Shown here in pieces: positions 29,743 through 37,574 of a DNA stretch of 64,000 nt; positions within the stretch are counted from its first letter, which is position 1; the number at the start of each line of letters is the position of its first letter. The position numbers and the translations under genes were made by a program. The stretch covers positions 32,001 through 96,000 of the IMG/VR virus record IMGVR_UViG_3300045988_169015. One strand, written 5' to 3'. A model generated the notes under the pieces. It was not told the origin of the DNA and did not search any database. It was given only the letters and a program-made list of their open reading frames with translations. Source of the DNA: a virus.

Positions 29743-30315
29743 TTATACCTCGCTCTCGTTTATGATATCAATCTGACAGCTCTTCATAACTTCGAGTGCC
29801 GCCTTATGCTTTTCAGGTGTTGATCCGGCACAACAGGAGGCGTCAACAACGATTGGCATATCGGGAAGTGCAGCTCTCACCATGAGGGCATTGGATACAA
29901 CACAGATATCGGTGTCCAGCCCGATAAATTCAATTTCGTCGAACATTTTACCTTCACGAATAAGTAAACTCATAAGCTGGGTACTGCCAAATGTGTTCTT
30001 AAGAACGATGTTCCCTTCTCTGACTTCGGGCTCCAATATTGCATATGTATTGGAGTGATACCATGCGTCAGCGACATCATCATTTATCATCCAGCCGAAA
30101 GAACGAGCGAGACAGTGCTGAACAGGAAGTTTTCTCCCCTCAAGAGTTTCAGCATAATCGTTATAATGAGTATCTTTTGTGAATAAAATTGCCGTGTTTT
30201 TATCAGCAGATTTGATTTTTTCAACTACATTAGGAACGATTGCCTGTGCTGCATCAGAACCGAGAGACCCATCGATAAAGTCATTCTGCATATCAACCAC
30301 TACGAGAAGTTTCAT
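29743..30315 (-). CDS. pncA: nicotinamidase / isochorismatase-family cysteine hydrolase
   Basis: VVVDMQNDF (Asp), LPVQHC (metal/His) and GLDTDICV (catalytic Cys). Confidence 0.8.
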   Translation of the reverse strand: MKLLVVVDMQNDFIDGSLGSDAAQAIVPNVVEKIKSADKNTAILFTKDTHYNDYAETLEGRKLPVQHCLARSFGWMINDDVADAWYHSNTYAILEPEVREGNIVLKNTFGSTQLMSLLIREGKMFDEIEFIGLDTDICVVSNALMVRAALPDMPIVVDASCCAGSTPEKHKAALEVMKSCQIDIINESEV

Positions 30316-30620
30316 TCGGCCGCCTCCTCAGTCTTTTCAATCTTGCGCTTACCCTTACTCTCATAATCCTTACAAGAAGAGGGCTTTAACACGTTGATAA
30401 AATTGCCCTTTGAAGTTGTTTCGGTATATGTAATTGGCATCATGGCAGAACGAACAAAATTGCCTTCCTCAGTCTTCTTCGTACATTTGTAACCTCTGAA
30501 CTGAAAATATCTACAAGTATTGCACTTACCGGAAGCATTCATTTCCTTAAGATTTTCGTCATTCAGCTTTGCGCCATCGGAGCCTTTGGCATAATTCGAA
30601 GCATTATAATTATTTGTCAT
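30312..30620 (-). CDS. hypothetical protein
   Basis: 102-aa ORF. TAACTGCAA lies immediately 5' of its ATG. Confidence 0.45.
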   Translation of the reverse strand: MTNNYNASNYAKGSDGAKLNDENLKEMNASGKCNTCRYFQFRGYKCTKKTEEGNFVRSAMMPITYTETTSKGNFINVLKPSSCKDYESKGKRKIEKTEEAAE

Positions 30621-30849
30621 TTGCAGTTATCCTTTCTAATATGTTTTGGGGTCAATTTTAGCCGCACAGCCAAAAGAATTAAGCAGCTGTACGGCAAATA
30701 CTGTAAAAGATTACCTTGATGGATTTCACAACCATCTCTCCTTATGATTTGATTTGTATATGTAAATCGCCACTATGGGTGAACGATGAACTCTGGGCAC
30801 AGTTGACTTCATCACAATCTCCAACCCAATCAAACAGAATTGAATACTG

Positions 30850-31000
30850 CTTGTGAACTACCGACCGTCTAAAGCCAGTCGGCTTCTTGCTTCATCGTCC
30901 TCGTAACCTACTAACTTCACAAGCGTAAATTCCGATAGTTCCTACCGTACTACATTATTATTTAGGCTGATTTAATCAGCCTTAATCCTTCATACAAAAT
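30850..31000 (-). ncRNA. predicted TnpB omega/right-end RNA
   Basis: Called by position only, from the 3' end of tnpB to the right-end hairpin, as in characterised TnpB loci. No structure was verified. Confidence 0.35.
30861..30882 (-). repeat. IS605-type right-end subterminal hairpin
   Basis: Plus strand CCGACCGTCTAAAGCCAGTCGG (stem CCGAC/GTCGG). Confidence 0.7.
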
Positions 31001-32071
31001 ATTTATAGCAGCGTTTATATCTCTGTCGTGACGTGTATTACAACAAGGACAAGTCCACTCTCTTACAGATAAATCCTTAGTTTCCTTATTAATATACCCA
31101 CATACACTACAAGTCTGACTACTTGGAAAGTAAGTATCAATCTTGATATACTGTCTACCATTCCAGTGAACCTTGTACTGTAACTGCCTTGTAAGTTCAT
31201 ACCAACTACAATCAGAAATACTCTTTGCAAGATTATGATTTTTAACCATATTGCTAATTTTTAAGTCCTCACTCACTATCAGTTGGTTTTCCTGAATTAG
31301 TTTGTGAGAAATTTTATGCAAATTATCAACACGGATATTTGTTATCTTCTCATACAGTCTTGCGACTTTAATACGCTGTTTGTTCCTATTATTGCTACCC
31401 TTTGTCTTTTTAGCAAGTTTTCTTTGCTCCTTTGCAAGTTTCTTTTCATACTTGTAAAGAGTTTTGGAGTTTTCAAACTTTTCACCATCAGATGTGATGA
31501 CTAAATCCTTGATACCTAAATCAATACCAACCATAGCACCAGTAGACTTCATCTGAAAATTCTCACAATTTACAAGAATAGAAATAAAATACTTGCCACT
31601 TGGCGTTTGAGATAAAGTTGCAGATTTAATTATACCAACAAATACTCTATGAACTTTTGCTTTTACCCATTTAAGTTTTGGAAGCTTAATTCTGTTCTTC
31701 TCGAAATCAACCTCTATGTTGTTGTTTGTACTGTTAGTAGAATAAGATTTATGATTATTCTTCTTACTTTTGAATTTAGGATAACCAGAATGTTCTTTGA
31801 AAAATTTCTGATATGCGCTATCCATATTATAAACAGAATTAGTAAGAGCAAATTTGTCTACCTCTTTAAGCCATTCATATTCTTTTTTAAGAACTTGATT
31901 AACATAGTTGTTACAACCTATCTTGTTTATAGATTTCTTTTCTGCTTCATAAAGATTTTTCCTATAAGCAAGCGTCTGATTATAAACAAATCTACAACAA
32001 CCGAATGTTTTCTGAATTTGTATTTCTTGTGTTTTATTTGGATAAAGCCTATATTTGAATGATTTAAACAT
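30962..32071 (-). CDS. tnpB: TnpB (OrfB) RNA-guided nuclease, RuvC plus zinc finger
   Basis: 369 aa. Starts [15 protein letters not shown] and has [10 protein letters not shown] (RuvC-I), CSVCG...[18 protein letters not shown] (Zn finger plus RuvC-III). Confidence 0.9.
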   Translation of the reverse strand: MFKSFKYRLYPNKTQEIQIQKTFGCCRFVYNQTLAYRKNLYEAEKKSINKIGCNNYVNQVLKKEYEWLKEVDKFALTNSVYNMDSAYQKFFKEHSGYPKFKSKKNNHKSYSTNSTNNNIEVDFEKNRIKLPKLKWVKAKVHRVFVGIIKSATLSQTPSGKYFISILVNCENFQMKSTGAMVGIDLGIKDLVITSDGEKFENSKTLYKYEKKLAKEQRKLAKKTKGSNNRNKQRIKVARLYEKITNIRVDNLHKISHKLIQENQLIVSEDLKISNMVKNHNLAKSISDCSWYELTRQLQYKVHWNGRQYIKIDTYFPSSQTCSVCGYINKETKDLSVREWTCPCCNTRHDRDINAAINILYEGLRLIKSA

Positions 32072-32120
32072 TGGTTTGTTACCGCCTTTCTACATCACTG
32101 TTATATCACAGCGAGCTTAA

Positions 32121-32142
32121 CCCATCGTCTAAAGCCAATGGG
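32121..32142 (-). repeat. IS605-type left-end subterminal hairpin
   Basis: Plus strand CCCATCGTCTAAAGCCAATGGG, which has the same loop (CGTCTAAAGCCA) as the right-end hairpin. Confidence 0.7.
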
Positions 32143-32215
32143 ATTGCGGCTGGTTTATTTTATTTCAAGTTTTAACATTGCAATAACCTCCATATCCAAT
32201 ATTTCTACGCTATTT

Positions 32216-32300
32216 TGGTACGAGAGATGGGCTTCGAACCCACACGCATTCCTGCAGCAGTTTTTGAGACTGCTCTGTCTGCCTATTCCAGCACTCTCGC
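32216..32300 (-). tRNA. tRNA-Leu (anticodon CAA), type II, CCA encoded
   Basis: Hand-folded. Acceptor GCGAGAG/CTCTCGT, anticodon stem GCAGT/ACTGC, loop CTCAAAA, long variable arm, T-loop GGGTTCGAAGCCC. Confidence 0.85.
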
Positions 32301-32347
32301 ATATTTCGTTAATAATATAGCAACTGACGTTAGCTATTATTAACATC

Positions 32348-32430
32348 TGGTGCGGGTGACAGGACTTGAACCTGCACGCTTGCGCAATGGATCCTAAGTC
32401 TATCGTGTCTGCCAATTTCACCACACCCGC
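32348..32430 (-). tRNA. tRNA-Leu (anticodon TAG), type II, CCA encoded
   Basis: Acceptor GCGGGTG/CACCCGC, anticodon loop CTTAGGA (one A-C mismatch in the stem), long variable arm, T-loop AGGTTCAAGTCCT. Confidence 0.8.
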
Positions 32431-32434
32431 ATGT

Positions 32435-32511
32435 TGGTCTCCCAGATGGGATTCGAACCCATCCTGTAGGGATTTTAAGTCCCTTGTCTCCTGCCTCTGG
32501 ACTACTGGGAG
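32435..32511 (-). tRNA. tRNA with anticodon TAA (Leu codon UUA) but a short 5-nt variable loop
   Basis: Acceptor CTCCCAG/CTGGGAG, anticodon stem AGGGA/TCCCT, loop CTTAAAA, variable loop ACAGG, T-arm ATGGGTTCGAATCCCAT, then A73 and CCA. Confidence 0.75.
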
Positions 32512-32880
32512 TTATGTGCCCGTCTTTCCGGGCTGCCACGATGTCCAGCTTCGACATCTGCCGATTCGGGTCTTACGGCGTGACAACATTTCTTATGTTG
32601 CGCAACGAGCTGGATCCTTGCCCATCACACCCCTATACAGCGGTATTAAGGAACCCCTGCAAAACCTGTTTTTCACATTTCTGTTTTAACGTTATCTTGT
32701 GAGTTCTGGCTTCTGCACCCGTAGGCGTCTCCAATAAGCCGAGGCTGTATTTAAACTTGCCCGATCTACCCCTCGTCAGGGTCTTGATCTCATCAGGAGA
32801 CTTTGTACGTCCGCATTATAATTGTAACGGGCAACGGAGCACCCGTGCGGTCTCATTTCAATAACACCTATTCATACTAC
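32512..32880 (-). ncRNA. ORF-free stem-rich segment between tRNAs (candidate structured RNA)
   Basis: Successive hairpins GCCCG-tctttc-CGGGC, GATGTC-cagcttc-GACATC and CAACAT-ttctt-ATGTTG. No credible ORF. Strand assumed from the flanking tRNAs. Confidence 0.3.
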
Positions 32881-32952
32881 CAAAAGGATAGGACTCGAAC
32901 CTATGACACCTCGGTTAACAGCCGAGTGCTCTACCAACTGAGCTACCTCTGC
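32881..32952 (-). tRNA. tRNA-Asn(GTT)-like with frayed acceptor stem, no CCA
   Basis: Canonical D-arm (GCTCAGTTGGTAGAGC), anticodon arm CTCGG-CTGTTAA-CCGAG and T-arm ATAGGTTCGAGTCCTAT. Acceptor pairs 1:72 and 2:71 are mismatched. Confidence 0.55.
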
Positions 32953-33679
32953 ACGAATACCACAGTCAGACTTATGCGTACACTCAATACGCTTATCTTC
33001 CAACTGTATAACGCTGAGTGCGTTTACTGTACCGTCCATACATTATTTTGTTTGGTTGTATTACGGTCTTATTATTGATACAAGTTAATCTGTATCTCAA
33101 CCACTCAGACAGTTATATTACCATACCGCAAGCTGATGTGGATTTTTTCAGTTACAAGGGTGACACTAAGATAGTCTCCGCCACGTTTTACCCCTTGTTG
33201 TCATCTGTTATGCAGCACAGATGATCTTGGCCACTGAGTTTTCACCTACAAGCTTTGTCTGCATCTGCTTATAGACACCATTGGTGAGCCGCTCGGGTAC
33301 TTACCCCGAATCTCCTTCTGCAGTTAGGCGGCTTGTCATTAGCCCAACGGCTCATATATGCACCCTTACTGACCCCAAGTAAATTATATTAAGGTGTAGG
33401 GTGCTTGTACTCGGTTTCAGGAATTAGCCATCTCTCTTTAACGACGCTCACCGGCATAATTATCGTATGGTCACTTCACCAAAAAGCAAATCCATACTCA
33501 ACGTTTTGATGATTTTTTCAAGCCCCATCCTCACAAGGCATCAGAATCAAGTCTGTAAACGTTCTTCTGGCTTAATTCCTATCACACTTGTCTTAGACTC
33601 AGAGTTGATGTCTCCTATTGCCTGTTCTCCCATTTAGAAAGGTCGGTAGTGTTCACCATGTAATTTGTAAATAATTTTA
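32953..33679 (-). ncRNA. about 730-nt ORF-free structured segment flanked by tRNAs (candidate large ncRNA, ROOL/GOLLD-like context)
   Basis: No credible ORF on either strand. Many local stems, for example CATCTG-ttatgcagca-CAGATG and GAGCCG...CGGCTC. Identity not verified. Confidence 0.35.
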
Positions 33680-33754
33680 TGGATTCAGGTAACGGGATCG
33701 AACCGTTATTCTTAGAGCCAAAATCTAATGTTCTACCACTTAAACTAACCTGAA
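33680..33754 (-). tRNA. tRNA-Gln (anticodon TTG), CCA encoded
   Basis: Acceptor TTCAGGT/ACCTGAA (U1:A72), anticodon arm TTAGA-TTTTGGC-TCTAA, T-arm AACGGTTCGATCCCGTT. Confidence 0.85.
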
Positions 33755-34208
33755 ATATTTGTGCAGCTTAACGTACCGCACATGAGATTTCTCAACGATA
33801 GGATACTATGTTAATCTATAAATTATCCACCATCAACCAGCCCCGAGGATCACACACAGCCGATGGATTCGCCGCTTTAACCTATATCGGGGATTTCTAT
33901 GAACTCTATGATTTACAATTTACAATTTGAACTTTGAAGTGCAGCAAGTCTGCCATCAAGTACGCACGTTTGCTACTATAAATTCTGAACTTTAATGTTT
34001 AAAACAATTAAGCTTTGAATTTTAAACTTTCAGCTATTATTCGGACTTTAAACTCTGCCCGAAAACATCGTAGATACTCGATATTCTTAATATCTTTAGC
34101 ATTTGGAAGCTTTTACAGTTTCAAATTGTTTTGTTCATCATTTTAGACTGTTGATGTTCAGTTGAAACCAGTTAAGTGTTTTCGGTTGACGATGGATAAT
34201 CAGCTTAA

Positions 34209-34865
34209 TCAGTAGTTAATTTCGATTTCGGTGGTTGCATTTGCCACTGTAATGGCTGCGTCCACCTCAGCTTCGAAAGCGTCGATCTTATTTTTCAAGT
34301 CTTCGATTGCCTTCTTTGTGTCAATACCCTCGATAAGATCAAAAGTATTTTCATCGATGTACTTTGCTCTCGCCGCATTTATGATTTCCACCATTTCATC
34401 GGAAATAGTGTTATTACTGCTGTTTGTTCCATAAAGACCAATGATATATGTCTCGCAGGCTTTTGTCAGCTTCTCTCCGTTGTTATTCTGGAGCAGACTC
34501 TGCGTATTTGTATATTGAGTTGCCATGGTATTGAGCAGAGCCTTCATATAATCAATACCCGTCTGTTTCATATAAATAGCTTCGGCAACAGTCATTTGCT
34601 CTCCACCGATAGATACGATTGTGGAAGCGTTTGCCTTATTCACTGCCTTCTTGATGGCATTATTCCTGTTGATGAGAGCGACTATTTTATCGTAGCTGCC
34701 CTGCATCTCTGCCTTTACGTCAGTGATATTTTTGCCGTTTAGCGTGCGCATTGTATGCTTGCTTACGTTGCAGAATGTCGCACTGCGAATCTCTGCTGTG
34801 ATTCTGTTACCGAGCACCTTCAGCTCGGAAAGTGCCTTTGCGATCGTCATTTTTTCGTTGGTCAT
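34209..34865 (-). CDS. hypothetical coiled-coil protein
   Basis: Start set to the ATG at 34865 (MTNEKM), behind AAGGAGGAG. The longer ORF reads through a regulatory motif. Confidence 0.55.
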   Translation of the reverse strand: MTNEKMTIAKALSELKVLGNRITAEIRSATFCNVSKHTMRTLNGKNITDVKAEMQGSYDKIVALINRNNAIKKAVNKANASTIVSIGGEQMTVAEAIYMKQTGIDYMKALLNTMATQYTNTQSLLQNNNGEKLTKACETYIIGLYGTNSSNNTISDEMVEIINAARAKYIDENTFDLIEGIDTKKAIEDLKNKIDAFEAEVDAAITVANATTEIEINY

Positions 34866-34896
34866 GATGACTCCTCCTTGATTTTTAAATTGTAAA

Positions 34897-34912
34897 ATAT
34901 CCAATATGTTTT
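34897..34912 (-). repeat. 16-nt direct repeat ATATCCAATATGTTTT (copy 1)
   Basis: Identical 16-mer at 35169-35184. The two copies bracket tRNA-Lys. The core ATATCCAATATG equals the promoter core at 548-576 and 11772-11800. Confidence 0.7.
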
Positions 34913-34947
34913 CGCACTAATAAATAATAGTATAAAAAACATATATT

Positions 34948-35023
34948 TGGTGAGCCATTGGGGATTTGAACCCCAGACCAATAGTTTAAAAGACTACTGC
35001 TCTACCGACTGAGCTAATGACTC
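34948..35023 (-). tRNA. tRNA-Lys (anticodon TTT), CCA encoded
   Basis: Acceptor GAGTCAT/ATGGCTC (one G-U pair), D-arm GCTCAGTCGGTAGAGC, anticodon loop CTTTTAA, T-arm TGGGGTTCAAATCCCCA. Confidence 0.85.
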
Positions 35024-35168
35024 ATAATTTTTCATACTTTGATTTTACAATTTATACCTGACAAAAATATAATTATGAACATTTTTGTAACTTACGGTTA
35101 CGGGTTAAATAACATCTCCGATATTCCACCCAGCAGCCCCATCAAGAGTTGATGAAAGAATGTTCATT

Positions 35169-35184
35169 ATATCCAATATGTTTT
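35169..35184 (-). repeat. 16-nt direct repeat ATATCCAATATGTTTT (copy 2)
   Basis: See 34897-34912. The copies are 272 bp apart. Confidence 0.7.
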
Positions 35185-35239
35185 GGACTTCTTGGAATAA
35201 CGGCTCATTTCTGAACCGTTCTCCCTTGACTGTATTTAT

Positions 35240-35268
35240 ATTATATCAGATGAGTTTAAACTTGTCAA
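35240..35268 (-). promoter_or_regulatory. consensus sigma70-type promoter
   Basis: Minus strand reads TTGACA (35263-35268), a 17-nt spacer, then TATAAT (35240-35245). Upstream ACATCCACAATCGC matches the promoter at 11772-11800. Confidence 0.65.
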
Positions 35269-35323
35269 GCGATTGTGGATGTTGCTAAAAATTTTTATGT
35301 ACTGCCTTACATAAGGCAGCGGA

Positions 35324-36262
35324 TCATTTATAGAAAACGTTTTTCCAATTCTGATAATCACGATATGTGCTATAACCAATTTTTTTCTGATTTGAAATAG
35401 CAAACACTCTAAAATAATCCGATATATTGTTTGATGTGATCTCCTTTCCCTTCTTCTCGTCGAGATATGCACGATAAAAATTACCGGATCTCATTATCCA
35501 AGTGGGAACAAGAACTTTACCATAATACTTATTATCAATATCAACCTCCATTCTGTCCCATGCTCTTCTGCGCTGAGCATGGAAATTATCGTTGATCTGA
35601 CCGAGGGAATTCTTTTTATTCTTAGCTCTTATCAGATAAATAGACTGAGCAAATGGCATAACACTATCGTTTATTACGACACTATCCATGTTCTTATACT
35701 CGTTAATTATTTCAGCAAAACGATCTGATACTATAATAGTATCGTCTCCAACTTTTATACGATTGCCCTGCACATCTGATTTTTTCAGATTATAGATTTC
35801 AACATTGCATAATCCATTCCAGTACAAACCATAAAAAGCCTGATACCAAATTATCATGGAGGAATCCTGTTCCATCATAACACTGCTGATACAATCCAAT
35901 AAATCATTTTCGTCTGCAAACATTTCGGTCATGATTTTCCATCTTGGATTTATGTCTTCGCTTATAACTCTTTTAAGTTCATTTATGGTATCGCTTGAAC
36001 AGTATCCCATCTTGGTTGCCCATTCTATATACCTATTTATAATACTCTTGCTGTTAAGCATGGTGTTGGTGTTAATGATTTTATTTCTCTCAAACAAAAG
36101 CTTAAAATCGTTATAATTAAAATCATATAGGTCTTTTTTAAGAAGCTCTTCAGTGTCGGAAAATTTTTCAAACTTATACATATAGGTATTGCAAGACATG
36201 TCCGTATAGCTTCCTTCTTTCATGCTTGCTAAGAATTCGAGCTTTTTTTCCTCATTATACAT
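35324..36262 (-). CDS. hypothetical protein with degenerate tyrosine-recombinase-like features
   Basis: 312 aa. GLCNVEIYNLKKSDV resembles integrase box I but lacks the Arg. HAQRRRAW and a C-terminal GYSTYRDY are weak box II/Tyr analogues. It overlaps the DGQHR gene by 8 nt. Confidence 0.4.
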   Translation of the reverse strand: MYNEEKKLEFLASMKEGSYTDMSCNTYMYKFEKFSDTEELLKKDLYDFNYNDFKLLFERNKIINTNTMLNSKSIINRYIEWATKMGYCSSDTINELKRVISEDINPRWKIMTEMFADENDLLDCISSVMMEQDSSMIIWYQAFYGLYWNGLCNVEIYNLKKSDVQGNRIKVGDDTIIVSDRFAEIINEYKNMDSVVINDSVMPFAQSIYLIRAKNKKNSLGQINDNFHAQRRRAWDRMEVDIDNKYYGKVLVPTWIMRSGNFYRAYLDEKKGKEITSNNISDYFRVFAISNQKKIGYSTYRDYQNWKNVFYK

Positions 36263-37493
36263 TCTTCTCCCCCATTTCTTTATTGATTATTTCTATACTC
36301 TTTTTTGAATTTAAAAAATCCAATTTAGGAAAAACAGCAGCAAGTTCATCTTCCCAGCCTGAACGATTCTGAAGTTTACTACTTAAATAAACATAGATCG
36401 GAAATACAGAATTTTTGGCAGAGATACTCTTTTTATAACCTACAAACGCATCATAATTGATACTTGCAAGCTCATTAAAAAATTTAATAAGCCATTCTGC
36501 AACTTTACTCTGTTCCTTGACCGTTCTTGCAGAATAATACTTATCAATGGCAGCTGCAAAATCCGATTTAAGAATAAAGCCCTGACCGACCTGAATTCCT
36601 TGCTGAGTATCACAGAACTTGTAAATGCCGTCAAGCTCGCCGCTGCCAATAATCTTTTTCAGAACATTGTTTCCCATAGTATATTTGTATTGAGCCACTA
36701 CGCTCTTATTGATGGGGGCACGTTCTTCGTCTTGATTGATGATTCTCTGAGCAGTTGCACGAGAGCCTATTGTCAGAACAATGGGCATAGTCATTATAAT
36801 ATTCGGATTATTCATAAGAGCATACTCGCTGCCTTTATCTCGATGCTGACCATCGATCTCGGCAATATAACCTGATTTCAATATAACTCTATCATCTTTT
36901 ACCTCATAGTCAGATTCGTCCGCCACGATATGCCAACGAAGAGAATTTGGAAAGAACGTTCCGTCGCTCATAGACTTTCCGATTGCTCTGGCACGGTTGT
37001 CATCATATTTGATATGACTTATAAAGTCATTATCAGAAAGCTTGGTAATGACAGTTTCTCTTTGCATTCCTTCTTTCCACTGTATAAGACCGGCAGATTT
37101 TAGATTCGCAATATCCTGTATGGATAACGCTGTCAGATAATTATCATTATCCGTAAGCCTTGCCAGTATTGGGAAGGCTATCGGTAATTTGGAATAGCCT
37201 CTTTTGATATAAGCAGAATTAGCCTCGGTGATTTCCGAGGCAGTAAAAAAATGTGAAACATCAGGAATTTTCAATGCGGCGCTATGTTTCGACACAGCTT
37301 CATACAGCCAACACAGCACAATATCTGATACGTTTTCCAAGTCGGGATTAGACATAAGAGGACCAAGTTCTCCCCATGTCATTTTGCCGGTATCCACAAG
37401 CTCAGCGGAATAAATGTCTTGGCATACGTTAAGCTTTGTCGAAAATAATCTTTTTAATATCGCTATGGCTTCGTTTCTTTTTGACACATTCAT
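36255..37493 (-). CDS. DGQHR-domain (DndB-like, ParB/Srx-fold) protein
   Basis: Literal DGQHR motif (IAEIDGQHRDKGSEY). Start set to the ATG at 37493, behind GGAGTG. Confidence 0.75.
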   Translation of the reverse strand: MNVSKRNEAIAILKRLFSTKLNVCQDIYSAELVDTGKMTWGELGPLMSNPDLENVSDIVLCWLYEAVSKHSAALKIPDVSHFFTASEITEANSAYIKRGYSKLPIAFPILARLTDNDNYLTALSIQDIANLKSAGLIQWKEGMQRETVITKLSDNDFISHIKYDDNRARAIGKSMSDGTFFPNSLRWHIVADESDYEVKDDRVILKSGYIAEIDGQHRDKGSEYALMNNPNIIMTMPIVLTIGSRATAQRIINQDEERAPINKSVVAQYKYTMGNNVLKKIIGSGELDGIYKFCDTQQGIQVGQGFILKSDFAAAIDKYYSARTVKEQSKVAEWLIKFFNELASINYDAFVGYKKSISAKNSVFPIYVYLSSKLQNRSGWEDELAAVFPKLDFLNSKKSIEIINKEMGEKNV

Positions 37494-37545
37494 GTTATCA
37501 CACTCCATATATTATGATAAAGTAGTATATGCTTGTATTTGCTTT

Positions 37546-37574
37546 ATTATAACACATGTTTTCAAATATGTCAA
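37546..37574 (-). promoter_or_regulatory. consensus sigma70-type promoter
   Basis: Minus strand reads TTGACA (37569-37574), a 17-nt spacer, then TATAAT (37546-37551). It overlaps the stop codon of the MazF-like gene. Confidence 0.65.

Larger units (their letters stand above)
30840..32160 (-). mobile_element. IS200/IS605-family element carrying tnpB only (no tnpA)
   Basis: tnpB is flanked by two near-identical 22-nt subterminal hairpins (32121-32142 and 30861-30882). Exact ends were not determined. Confidence 0.75.

Noticed and set aside
30861-32142. Relationship between the IS605 end hairpins (loop TCTAAAG) and the array clamp (GCTAAAG)
   Set aside because: Only a 6-nt CTAAAG string is shared. 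The stems, spacing and context all differ, so this is most likely coincidence.
32435-32511. Suppressor tRNA / stop-codon recoding
   Set aside because: The anticodon UAA reads the Leu codon UUA, not a stop codon. All long genes in the window are uninterrupted in the standard code.
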